64,000 nt of DNA from Fidelibacterota bacterium (lineage in GTDB: Bacteria; Fidelibacterota; SORT01). Below, one piece after another: positions 38,943-48,316 of this stretch. Below the pieces are notes generated by a model, which made no database searches, was not told the origin of the DNA, and saw nothing but the letters and a program-made list of their open reading frames with translations. The position numbers and the translations under genes are program-made. Position 1 is the stretch's first letter; each line of letters opens with the position of its first letter. The DNA is taken from contig JACZYG010000009.1 of assembly GCA_022571215.1 (NCBI GenBank), positions 18,663 to 82,662 of the forward strand, given 5' to 3'.

Positions 38943-40034
38943 TTAAAATCCGAGGTAGATCTGCGCCCCTACAAAAGTTTCGCCATCAAATCCGGGGAAA
39001 TCTCCCTGTTCCTCAGTCCAAACGGCAAAATCTGCTTTTAAGATTCCAAGATTAAGCCCGGCGCCATACGTCGGGTATCCTTGATTAAAGCCGCCGCGAA
39101 GTTTCAGGATAGGTAAGTTTACTTCTATTCCGATATGCATTTTGTTAAAAAATGCCGTTTCGTCAGAATTGAAAAAATCAACAATATTCGCTTCCGCGGA
39201 GAGCCGTCTAAACAGTTCATATTTGACTCCCAGCTTCAGATTAGTCGAGATATCATCATTTCCGTCATCTATGTTTCCAACCAGATCGACGAAAACAAGA
39301 CCGACTTCAAGTTTCTCATTTAGCCTGTATAATGCGCCAAGATCAAAGCCGAATCCGCTGTTGCCACTTTTCAAGCTGTCCTGAAGTTCCGTGATTAGAT
39401 CACCGCTACTGGATAAATCACTAAATCCCAGCTTTTGGTCTGGCGCTTCTCTTCTCGTAATAAATTTCAGGGCAGCGCCCATCTTGAGGCCCGGTCTTAT
39501 GAAATCCATTCTCTTGCCGTACCCGACCGAGATTACATTATCAAATATGCCCTTCATAAACACGTGCGGCTCATACACGCCTTTATCTATTTTGAACTCA
39601 AAATCCAAGATACCATAATAGGCTACACCGACATTTACAGCGCTGATCGCCCCGGCAAATGGAACACCTGCTTTCATCCATCTGTTGTCTATGGAATTAA
39701 GATCTGTATAAATGGAATCAACTCTTGCCGGACTCAAATCACCGAAAGATGCGAGGGAATCGGAATTATCCGAGATAAAATCCTTCAAATCCAGGATATT
39801 ATTGTTAAATAATAATTGAATGCTTATCGGGCTAACGTGGATCTTGCCCCTTGACAGCAGAGCGGGATTACTGATGAACGCCGTTGCTCCTTGTGACGAC
39901 ATAATCCCTACGCCGCCCATGGCTCTGTTACGCATCGTGTCATAGAACACTCCTCTTTTGGCGCCGGCGAACGCGCTTGAAGAAAGCATCGCTGTCAAGA
40001 TTGTAAAAATTAGAAGTTTATACGTTTTTTGCAT
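38943..40034 (-). CDS. Outer-membrane beta-barrel protein (PorV/FadL/TraF-like), hypothetical
   Basis: 363 aa; signal peptide; N-proximal ARxxAMGGVGI motif; alternating amphipathic beta strands; C-terminal aromatic residue (LGF). Confidence 0.5.
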   Translation of the reverse strand: MQKTYKLLIFTILTAMLSSSAFAGAKRGVFYDTMRNRAMGGVGIMSSQGATAFISNPALLSRGKIHVSPISIQLLFNNNILDLKDFISDNSDSLASFGDLSPARVDSIYTDLNSIDNRWMKAGVPFAGAISAVNVGVAYYGILDFEFKIDKGVYEPHVFMKGIFDNVISVGYGKRMDFIRPGLKMGAALKFITRREAPDQKLGFSDLSSSGDLITELQDSLKSGNSGFGFDLGALYRLNEKLEVGLVFVDLVGNIDDGNDDISTNLKLGVKYELFRRLSAEANIVDFFNSDETAFFNKMHIGIEVNLPILKLRGGFNQGYPTYGAGLNLGILKADFAVWTEEQGDFPGFDGETFVGAQIYLGF

Positions 40035-40059
40035 CTTTATCTCCGATAAAAATTAAAAT

Positions 40060-41034
40060 TTATGGACAGGGTTGTGGAGTTCCGGCGCCAGACCAATCCC
40101 ATCCGGGCGTTCCGCCGGTAACAATAGCATCTTCATCGATCAATCCATCTCCATCGTCGTCAATTTGGTTTATACATTCGTCATCGACAACTCCGTCACC
40201 GTCATTGTCCCCCTCTCCTTCATTACCGGGAACCAAAGTATTAACATAATACCACTCCAACGAACCTGTAATATCATCCATGAGGTTATCAATAATCGTC
40301 GTATCAATGTCTGTGTCTCCGAGCAGCTCTGAAAATATATCACCGGCATTATCAATAATATCCGTAACACTTGATATGAGAGCATTCAGATCTTCCGCTC
40401 CAAGTGAGTCAACGAATGAAGAATCAAATTCAAATCCTCCGCTTCCTGTACTGAACATACTCAGGTCAAAATCTTTATCATCAATTCTTTCATCACCGTT
40501 TGTGTCGGCAATTCGTAAAATCCCCTTAACGGTATTGGCAATAAATAAATCCAGGGTAATATCATCTTTTTCAATACTGCCTGTTGTAACTATCGTGCTG
40601 TCAAATATCGGATTCAGGTCGTTGAAGATCGTAATATTCGTGACATACAGATTATCTTGATCCGGCTTTTCTCTGCCAAAAAATGGAAGCTCAATATTCG
40701 CTCCCGGGTTCGTTCCCGAAGGCTGGTCAAATTTTTGTAATTCGTTCAGTATTGTAATTATGCTCTCGCCGGAAGAAAGCAAGGTAGCTTTTGCATGATT
40801 ATACAGTAAATCGCTGTTGAGCGAATCTTCTAATAATCCGAGCGCAAAAAGACTTTCCGCAGCTTCAAAATTTCCATCCAACATGAATTCAAGTCCATCC
40901 TCAAGTAGATCCTCACTCTCTTCAGGGGTGGCGGACCAACTGAAAATGTTACACCCTGCAAAGACAAACGCCGTTATTAGCAAGCCGACGAACGCAAACC
41001 TAGCCTTAAATTTCATTTTATTAACTCCTGACAC
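40060..41034 (-). CDS. Lipoprotein with C-terminal Asp-rich Ca2+-binding-like (DxDxDG) repeats
   Basis: 324 aa; lipobox FAGC; C-terminal DNDGDGVVDDECINQIDDDGDGLIDED resembles thrombospondin-type-3/EF-like repeats. Confidence 0.5.
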   Translation of the reverse strand: MSGVNKMKFKARFAFVGLLITAFVFAGCNIFSWSATPEESEDLLEDGLEFMLDGNFEAAESLFALGLLEDSLNSDLLYNHAKATLLSSGESIITILNELQKFDQPSGTNPGANIELPFFGREKPDQDNLYVTNITIFNDLNPIFDSTIVTTGSIEKDDITLDLFIANTVKGILRIADTNGDERIDDKDFDLSMFSTGSGGFEFDSSFVDSLGAEDLNALISSVTDIIDNAGDIFSELLGDTDIDTTIIDNLMDDITGSLEWYYVNTLVPGNEGEGDNDGDGVVDDECINQIDDDGDGLIDEDAIVTGGTPGWDWSGAGTPQPCP

Positions 41035-41055
41035 TGATTTATTTTTATTTTCTAT

Positions 41056-41967
41056 TTAAATAACCGGTATTCCGGGTGGATCAAATGAGAAGTTCAATCC
41101 AATATTAATTGACGAATACTCTCCTTTTGAAAATTCCGCATTGATGCCGAGTAGCGGGAAGACAGTGAATCTGAAACCACCCATAAATCTGACTCCGTTT
41201 TCGCCTTCAAGCTTTACTATAATATCGTTTCCTAATCCGCCAACTTTATATGTAAGGTCCATTTTAGAGCTTTCAAATTGAGTTCCTACGTATACGGTCA
41301 GCATCGGTACGCTCTTACTTAAACGAAGATTGAACGCTGTGTGTGTCGATTCTATCAGATTCTCTACACTGAAAGTCTGATACATAAATCCCACCGAAAG
41401 TTGTGGAAGAAGCGGTATCGGCGCCGGGAAATATTGGTCAAGACTGTGGGAAAGACCGAAGCCCAACAAATCAATCTTTGGAATATCATCGTTAGTTTCA
41501 AATGAGGGCAGGTAACGCAGATTCAGCTCCGTCCCCATCGGCAATCCGACAGAGAAATGAAGCACGCCAAACGGCACTCCTCCAATATCGAGACCGGCTG
41601 GATATGCATCTATACTATTGGTCGGACCGAAGACGGTACTTGCGTCAAGACTATCTGTTCTCGTAGAAAGTAAGTATGGCGCCTTATATGTAAGCGCTTC
41701 ATCGGGAATAGGTATAAACATGACACTTACACCGACGTCAAAGCCGGGAATTCCATGAATTTTTGCCGTATGATAAAGTCCCGTATTTACAGCTGTCCCA
41801 AGGGCTGTCGCAAACGGTTGCATGTAGTTTTCCACGTTATCCCCTACAATCTGTTCGATATACTCCTGCAATACCGACTGGGCGCTATCTACCTGACCAA
41901 AGCTTGTGTTTGTAAAAATAAGTGAAACCAATATCACAACTGATAAAAAGCCGTATACATTTCTCAT
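41056..41967 (-). CDS. Secreted/outer-membrane-associated hypothetical protein
   Basis: 303 aa; signal peptide; beta-rich with Gly/aromatic periodicity; no recognisable catalytic motif. Confidence 0.4.
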   Translation of the reverse strand: MRNVYGFLSVVILVSLIFTNTSFGQVDSAQSVLQEYIEQIVGDNVENYMQPFATALGTAVNTGLYHTAKIHGIPGFDVGVSVMFIPIPDEALTYKAPYLLSTRTDSLDASTVFGPTNSIDAYPAGLDIGGVPFGVLHFSVGLPMGTELNLRYLPSFETNDDIPKIDLLGFGLSHSLDQYFPAPIPLLPQLSVGFMYQTFSVENLIESTHTAFNLRLSKSVPMLTVYVGTQFESSKMDLTYKVGGLGNDIIVKLEGENGVRFMGGFRFTVFPLLGINAEFSKGEYSSINIGLNFSFDPPGIPVI

Positions 41968-42208
41968 ATTTTATGACTCCTCTCGATGATTTTTTTACCT
42001 TGCATGGTTTTGCAAAGTAATCATTCTCCATAAAAATTGTCAAGCTTTTTAACTCGCAAGATTTCACTATGTTCCATATATTATCGGTATATTTTTCTAA
42101 TTCTAAAGCATGTTATCTATTATATTATTTTGTGCCGAAAATTAATTTTTTTAACAGTGGATTACATTTACGATTATTAAATGAATAGCTTACAGGAATA
42201 AAGAACAG

Positions 42209-43306
42209 ATGGGATTTTCCTGTGGTATAGTAGGTCTTCCAAACGTCGGTAAATCAACAATATACCGCGCGCTGACCTCCGCGGACGTGACTATTGAACC
42301 ATACGCATTTTCAACCATAACTCCTAATATAGGCGTAGTTGATGTCCCCGATGTCCGCCTTGAGCATATTGCCCTGTCAATCAAACCCGACACCGTAATA
42401 AAAACGACTCTGAATTTTGTGGATGTCGCGGGATTAGTTGAAGGCGCATCATTGGGAGAAGGAATGGGCAATCAATTTTTAAGTCATATTAGAGATGTAG
42501 ATGCAATAGCTCATGTTATCAGATGCTTTCAGGATAAAAACATCCCGCACATTACGCCCGAGTTGAATCCCCTTAAAGATATAGAAGTAATTGAACTTGA
42601 GCTAATCTTAAAGGATCTGGATACAATAGATAAAAGAATCAATAAGATCCAAAAAGCCTCTAAATCAGGAAATAAAGATGCATTGCGGGATTTGGATATT
42701 CTTGAGAGAATCAGAATTGAACTTAATGAAGGAACCCCCGTTTCGAGCCTCACCCTTGAGGAACCGGAACGTGCTCTTGTAGATCAGCTTTATCTGCTTT
42801 CAGCGAAACCTCAATTTTTTGTGGCGAATATCGGAGAGGAACAACTCAAAGCGGAAAGCGACCCGTTACTCGAACAGGTATCTGAAGCTGCGATAGCACG
42901 TGGGATTCCATATATCTCGCTTTGCAGCAAGTTGGAATCAGAGATTTTAGACCTTCCCGCGGAAGAACGACAACAATTTTCTGAGGAGATGGGCATAGCC
43001 GAATCCGGCTTGGAAAATTTAGTCAGCGTCGGATATGAGCTGTTGGAATTGATAACATTTTTTACGACTCAATCCAATGAAGTCAAGGCATGGACGGTGA
43101 CCGATGGTACTTCTGCGGCCGAATCGGCAGGAAAAATTCATTCTGATATTCAATCAGGATTTATAAAAGCCGATATTATCAAATATGAAGACCTAATTGA
43201 CTTCCAATCCGAATCCGCGGTACGAGAGAAAGGGTTGGTCATGACGGTCGGGAAAGAGCATCTTATTGAAGACGGAGATATTATCCACTTTAAATTCAGG
43301 TCATGA
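42209..43306 (+). CDS. ychF: Redox-regulated ribosome-binding ATPase YchF (Obg family)
   Basis: 365 aa; GIVGLPNVGKST G1, DVAGLV G3, NxxE G4 (NIGE), C-terminal TGS domain. Confidence 0.93.
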   Translation: MGFSCGIVGLPNVGKSTIYRALTSADVTIEPYAFSTITPNIGVVDVPDVRLEHIALSIKPDTVIKTTLNFVDVAGLVEGASLGEGMGNQFLSHIRDVDAIAHVIRCFQDKNIPHITPELNPLKDIEVIELELILKDLDTIDKRINKIQKASKSGNKDALRDLDILERIRIELNEGTPVSSLTLEEPERALVDQLYLLSAKPQFFVANIGEEQLKAESDPLLEQVSEAAIARGIPYISLCSKLESEILDLPAEERQQFSEEMGIAESGLENLVSVGYELLELITFFTTQSNEVKAWTVTDGTSAAESAGKIHSDIQSGFIKADIIKYEDLIDFQSESAVREKGLVMTVGKEHLIEDGDIIHFKFRS

Positions 43307-43326
43307 AAAATAACTGCAGTATGAAT

Positions 43327-44397
43327 TTATTTCTTACGGCTGCTGATAAGTTTATTTAGTTTCTTTAAAGACCGTTTTGCCGGATTGAATTTGGGGTTAA
43401 GCGCAAGACATTCTTTATATTTCGCTTTAGCGTTACCGTAATTACCCGCCTTTTCATGAACCATTCCGAGTCTCCAGTATGCAGCAAAATAAGTAGGAGA
43501 TAATTTTACTGCGGGGCTTGCGAGGTAACGGTTATAAACATCAATGCCCGCTTGCAAACTGTCCCCTTCTGATAAGTAAGTCAATCCGAGTTGATAAAAC
43601 ACTTTTAAAGAATCTCCCGGAGACATCTGAAGTATAATTCTCAGCTGTTTTCTTGACGACATTATGTTGATGTTTTTTAGAATGTGCATCTTCGTCCAGC
43701 GATTAGCAATGTTCATACTATCCAGGTTTATGGCTTTTTCAATTTCCTTTTCTGCGAGTTCAAACTCCCCCAAGGAGAGGAAATAATGCGCTTTCATATC
43801 CGCGCCTCTATAGGGGTCCAATTTCTCAATATGTTCCAATTCTTCTTTGGCTTTTTCCACGGAACCACCTGCTAATCTGGGTGTACTCGAGTAAAAGCTA
43901 AACAGATCCTCATGTGTTTTTATATAATCAGGAAGTAATTCGGCTGCCCGTTTAAAATGCTCCCGGATATTGCCAACAATAAAAGCGGCTCTGAATTTTG
44001 AAGAGTTTCTTGCCTTCAGTCCGAATGCCCTGCCTAACCAGTGATGCGCCATACCGGAATTTTCGTTCTTCTTAACCGCCTTCTTTCCCCACTTGATTGC
44101 CTTATTCCAATCGTTGTCGCTTATCCAATACATACAAATTAGCCTATATCCTTCACTTCTTTCCGGATATTTTTCTATAAGCAAATCGCCGTACTTTTTA
44201 ACACTATCAATCTCCCCTATGTAAAAGAGTCTGCTGGCATTTTCAACAATTTGATCATATTCATCTTTAGGCGGATCCGTTTTCCCCTGTGGAATATTGA
44301 ATATGAAAAGAAGAGCGAATATAATTATCAAAGACTTAGATCCTCCTGAGAGTAATTTATATGCGTTAAATCTAAAAACCTTTAATTTTTTTGTCAT
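43327..44397 (-). CDS. TPR-repeat protein, secreted or membrane-anchored
   Basis: 356 aa; N-terminal hydrophobic segment; multiple TPR-like repeats. Confidence 0.6.
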   Translation of the reverse strand: MTKKLKVFRFNAYKLLSGGSKSLIIIFALLFIFNIPQGKTDPPKDEYDQIVENASRLFYIGEIDSVKKYGDLLIEKYPERSEGYRLICMYWISDNDWNKAIKWGKKAVKKNENSGMAHHWLGRAFGLKARNSSKFRAAFIVGNIREHFKRAAELLPDYIKTHEDLFSFYSSTPRLAGGSVEKAKEELEHIEKLDPYRGADMKAHYFLSLGEFELAEKEIEKAINLDSMNIANRWTKMHILKNINIMSSRKQLRIILQMSPGDSLKVFYQLGLTYLSEGDSLQAGIDVYNRYLASPAVKLSPTYFAAYWRLGMVHEKAGNYGNAKAKYKECLALNPKFNPAKRSLKKLNKLISSRKK

Positions 44398-44872
44398 TCC
44401 CGTCCTCTATACCTTTTATCGGCGGGATATATTGCAACTCAAATAATTTTGTCTCTCCTCTGTTTGAATGGTATACTTCCTTCAGCGATTCCGGATTGAC
44501 TTTTCTAAGAATTTCAAGCGTTGGACCGGTATTTTTTCTCATATCGGTAATAGGGTAGTCTAAATCGTCACTTACTATATGAGTCACTTTTTTATAATTG
44601 AGATAACCTAATATCTTATCCGCATTTTCTATAAACGGAAATTGAACGGTTTTTCGTGTCGAGTATAGATAAAATTCCTGCCCGATTCTCGTTGCGATAA
44701 CGGCATCGGCGCCGAGATTTTTCCCAGCCCAGCTCGCCACTTCAAAATAACCTTTCCATTGTGGTAACAGCGGCTTTGACAGCTCCGCGTCTAATGACCT
44801 CAAACTCCACAGGTTCAATATTGCGATCAGTATCATTATTCCATACGAATATTTCGTTCCGTTTTTCAACAA
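44372..44872 (-). CDS. Hypothetical exported protein
   Basis: 166 aa; N-terminal hydrophobic helix; no recognised motif; 26-nt overlap with the downstream TPR gene. Confidence 0.4.
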   Translation of the reverse strand: MLKNGTKYSYGIMILIAILNLWSLRSLDAELSKPLLPQWKGYFEVASWAGKNLGADAVIATRIGQEFYLYSTRKTVQFPFIENADKILGYLNYKKVTHIVSDDLDYPITDMRKNTGPTLEILRKVNPESLKEVYHSNRGETKLFELQYIPPIKGIEDGNDKKIKGF

Positions 44873-44937
44873 ATATGCTTCATCATTAACGAGTTCGTAA
44901 TATTAAATCCAAAACTATTAGTTTGGAATAACGATTC

Positions 44938-45957
44938 ATGCAGGATATATTTTTCCCTCTAAGATATGATAATTATACCGAAATGGAAAGAGTCAGAATA
45001 GGCGTTATAGGAGTTGGGCATCTTGGATCCGCCCATCTGAAAAACCTCATCACTATTGATGAAGTTGAGCTCATTGGCTTGTACGACATTGATCATGAGC
45101 GAGCGGACGAGGTGGCTTCATTGCAAGGAACCGTTTCATTTGATTCCCAAGAAGAATTATTGAACAGTGTTGATGCCGTATCGATTGTAACACCAACCAG
45201 CAGCCATTTTGAAGTTGCCATGGAAGCTCTGAACAGAGGCAAAAGCATATTTGTTGAAAAACCGATCTGCGATAATGTCGAAGATGCTCGAACATTGGTC
45301 AAAGCCGCTGAAGGTAAAAACTGTATGGTTCAAGTCGGTCACATTGAGCGATTTAGCGGAACTTACCGTGCTTTCGATCATTCAGAATTAGATCCTATGT
45401 TTATTGAGTGCCACCGACTCATGGAATTTCAGCCGAGAAATGTTGACGTCGCTGTCGTGCTTGACCTGATGATTCATGATATAGATCTTGTTCTGCATAT
45501 GACCGGATCAAAACCGGTAACCATCGATGCGAACGGAGTTTCCGTTATAACAGATAACGTTGACATAGCCAATGCGAGGTTGACCTTCGCGAACGGGTGC
45601 GTAGCTAACTTAACAGCGAGCCGCATAAGTCAGAAGGGTATGCGGAAGATGAGAATCTTTGAGAAGAACTCATACATAACTCTTGATTTCTTAAAAAACG
45701 AAACTCGCATCTTTAAGATCAGCTCTGCCGATTCTCCCGGAAACGGTTTGAAAGTATCCCAAATCCAATTAAACGATGAAGTGAAGAACATTTATCTTAA
45801 TTCGCCGAAAGTGGTGGATGATAATCCTCTTCTTACCGAACTAAATGCATTTGTACACTCTGTTCAGACAGGAGAGAAACCGCCCGTAACGGGTGAAGAC
45901 GGTTTGGCGGCTTTGGAAGTAGCCTTAAAAATCATTTCTGTCATTAACAAGGAATAG
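44938..45957 (+). CDS. Gfo/Idh/MocA-family NAD(P)-dependent oxidoreductase
   Basis: 339 aa; RIGVIGVGHLGSAHL Rossmann N-terminus; EKP motif (FVEKPI). Confidence 0.85.
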   Translation: MQDIFFPLRYDNYTEMERVRIGVIGVGHLGSAHLKNLITIDEVELIGLYDIDHERADEVASLQGTVSFDSQEELLNSVDAVSIVTPTSSHFEVAMEALNRGKSIFVEKPICDNVEDARTLVKAAEGKNCMVQVGHIERFSGTYRAFDHSELDPMFIECHRLMEFQPRNVDVAVVLDLMIHDIDLVLHMTGSKPVTIDANGVSVITDNVDIANARLTFANGCVANLTASRISQKGMRKMRIFEKNSYITLDFLKNETRIFKISSADSPGNGLKVSQIQLNDEVKNIYLNSPKVVDDNPLLTELNAFVHSVQTGEKPPVTGEDGLAALEVALKIISVINKE

Positions 45958-45994
45958 CCTCTGAAACAGATTGGTATCTTTTTGCGAGTAATTA

Positions 45995-47143
45995 ATGAAT
46001 TCTAATTCCATTCTAATAATAGCGGGCGAGCTTTCGGGCGATGTTCAAGGCGGTAAACTCGTTGCGGCTATTAAAAAAATGTCTCCTGATGTCAGTATAA
46101 CCGGCATTGGAGGTGATAACATGAAAGACGCTGGTATGGAGCTGCTTCGCCACATTCGCGAAATGTCATTTCTCGGATTTTCTGAAGTAATTAAGCATCT
46201 ACCGCTAATTCGTCAGATAATGAACGAACTGACAGAATGGATAGAAACTAACCGTCCGGAGACCGTTGTATTAATAGACTACCCCGGATTCAACCTTCGG
46301 TTAGCAAAAAAGGCAAAAAAATTGGGTTGTAGAGTCGTTTATTACATCAGCCCTCAAATTTGGGCATGGGGCGCCGGAAGAATAAAAAAAATATCCCGGC
46401 TTGTTGACCATATGATAGTTGTTTTTCCATTTGAAGAGAAGATTTACAGATCGGCCGGAATCAAAGTTGATTTTGTAGGTCATCCTATTCTTGAGGGATT
46501 AAAGAGCAAATTATCCCGTGATGAGTTTTTTGAAAAACATGGTCTTAAATCAGACAAATCCCTTGTCGGTTTATTACCCGGAAGCAGGATACAGGAAGTT
46601 GAGAAACTTTACCTTCCAATGATAGAAGCAGCTGAACTGATGAAGAAAGAGCTCCCGGCTCTGCAAACTGTTACCGGAGTTTCACCTACTTTGAATGAAA
46701 AGATGTATTCAATTATTGAAACCGGTAAGGATTTGGAACACTCTAAAGCTGTTTACGATGTTATGCAGCATTCAGATTTGCTCTTCGTGGCTTCGGGCAC
46801 TGCCACGTTAGAGTCTGCCTGTTTAGGTACACCGATGATTATCGTGTATAAGGTCTCTCCCGTTTCCTGGTTTTTAGGTAAGATGCTCGTAAAATTAAAG
46901 AATATCGGACTTGTTAATATCGTTGCAGGCGAGCAGATCGTGCCGGAAATTTTGCAATCGGAAGTCACGGCGACACGCTTGGCTTCCGAAGGACTTTCAC
47001 TGCTCGGGGATAAAACTCTTATGGAGGATACACGGAAAAGACTTGTGATGGTCAAAGAATCGCTCGGCAAAACGGGAGCCTCTCAAAGAGCTGCGGAACT
47101 TATTGTCAACAGAACTTCATCTAAGGATGATAACAAGGATTAA
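45995..47143 (+). CDS. lpxB: Lipid-A-disaccharide synthase
   Basis: 382 aa; ILIIAGELSGDVQGGKL and GT-B fold LpxB blocks. Confidence 0.9.
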   Translation: MNSNSILIIAGELSGDVQGGKLVAAIKKMSPDVSITGIGGDNMKDAGMELLRHIREMSFLGFSEVIKHLPLIRQIMNELTEWIETNRPETVVLIDYPGFNLRLAKKAKKLGCRVVYYISPQIWAWGAGRIKKISRLVDHMIVVFPFEEKIYRSAGIKVDFVGHPILEGLKSKLSRDEFFEKHGLKSDKSLVGLLPGSRIQEVEKLYLPMIEAAELMKKELPALQTVTGVSPTLNEKMYSIIETGKDLEHSKAVYDVMQHSDLLFVASGTATLESACLGTPMIIVYKVSPVSWFLGKMLVKLKNIGLVNIVAGEQIVPEILQSEVTATRLASEGLSLLGDKTLMEDTRKRLVMVKESLGKTGASQRAAELIVNRTSSKDDNKD

Positions 47144-47154
47144 ACCTCTGCTTC

Positions 47155-48180
47155 ATGAGAAAATTTCTTTTACCACTGTTATACCCACTCTCGCTTCTTT
47201 ATAGAACGCTTATAGCGCTGCGAAATCTGTTTTTCGATTTAGGGGTATTTAGCCGAAACAGAGTTGACGCGATAGTTATCAGTGTAGGCAATTTATCAGT
47301 CGGCGGTACGGGGAAAACTCCTCTCGTTTTGTATCTGATAGACATGTTATCAGCATTCGAAAAAAATATCGCCGTTATCACTCGCGGTTACGGTAGAAGT
47401 TCGAGTTCACCTAAATTGTATCTGCCGTCCGAGAAGATAAACCATTGGCTTGAATCGGGTGATGAACCGTTTTTACTGAAAAACAGAGTTGAAAACTTGG
47501 TCATTTCTATTGACTCCAAAAAATTTCGAGGCGCTGCCGAAGCCGTCAAAAAGGGGAAATCAGAACTAATTATACTTGATGACGGTTTTCAGCATCGCTC
47601 TCTGATAAGAGATTTGGATATAGTTATCGTTGATGACAGCAAGAAATTAGAAGAACGACTTTTGATTCCCGCGGGACGGTTGAGAGAACCGCTCAAATCG
47701 CTTAAAAGAGCTGACATAGTAGTCTTCATGGGTAGTGAAGAAGATTCTCACGGAATCAAGGGATATCTTAAAGATGAAACTGTTTTGTGCGGAGCCGTTA
47801 AAGAACCTGAACTGTTGATCAGGGCAGATTCAAATGAAGCGGTAAGTTTTTCTGAATTGAAAGACAAAAAGATCACCGCTTTTTGCGGCATCGGAAATCC
47901 TGAAGGTTTCCGTTCGACGCTGAATTCCTTTGACCCTGATTTGTTGGAGTTACTCAAATTTCCTGACCACCATATATATACGCAGACGGACTTCACTGAG
48001 ATAAAGAATAAATTCCTATCCTCTAACTCTGATTTTCTTATCACTACCGAAAAAGACGCTTTTAAACTGCCACCGAACTTTTTGTCGGAAATTGACGTCT
48101 ATATCCTTAGGATAGCTTTTAAACTCGGATGGGGTAAGCCTGAATTTGATAAAAAGATTAATGAGATTTTTCGATCATAA
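47155..48180 (+). CDS. lpxK: Tetraacyldisaccharide 4'-kinase
   Basis: 341 aa; P-loop VGNLSVGGTGKTP. Confidence 0.88.
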   Translation: MRKFLLPLLYPLSLLYRTLIALRNLFFDLGVFSRNRVDAIVISVGNLSVGGTGKTPLVLYLIDMLSAFEKNIAVITRGYGRSSSSPKLYLPSEKINHWLESGDEPFLLKNRVENLVISIDSKKFRGAAEAVKKGKSELIILDDGFQHRSLIRDLDIVIVDDSKKLEERLLIPAGRLREPLKSLKRADIVVFMGSEEDSHGIKGYLKDETVLCGAVKEPELLIRADSNEAVSFSELKDKKITAFCGIGNPEGFRSTLNSFDPDLLELLKFPDHHIYTQTDFTEIKNKFLSSNSDFLITTEKDAFKLPPNFLSEIDVYILRIAFKLGWGKPEFDKKINEIFRS

Positions 48181-48316
48181 TGATTTGTGCCTTAGATGAC
48201 ATTGCATATTGATAAAGTGTTGTATATATTGACTGAAATTGGAACTGATGATGGAGAAATGCAGTTCAAAATACAGAAGGACAGAGTCATCGGGATCAGT
48301 TTTTAAAGGAGCTTTA

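Noticed and set aside
42005-42025. TTGCATGGTTTTGCAA element upstream of ychF considered as a sigma-54 (-24/-12) promoter
   Set aside because: The GG to GC spacing is only about 4 nt instead of 10. It is more likely a short inverted repeat or part of an AT-rich sigma70 promoter region.
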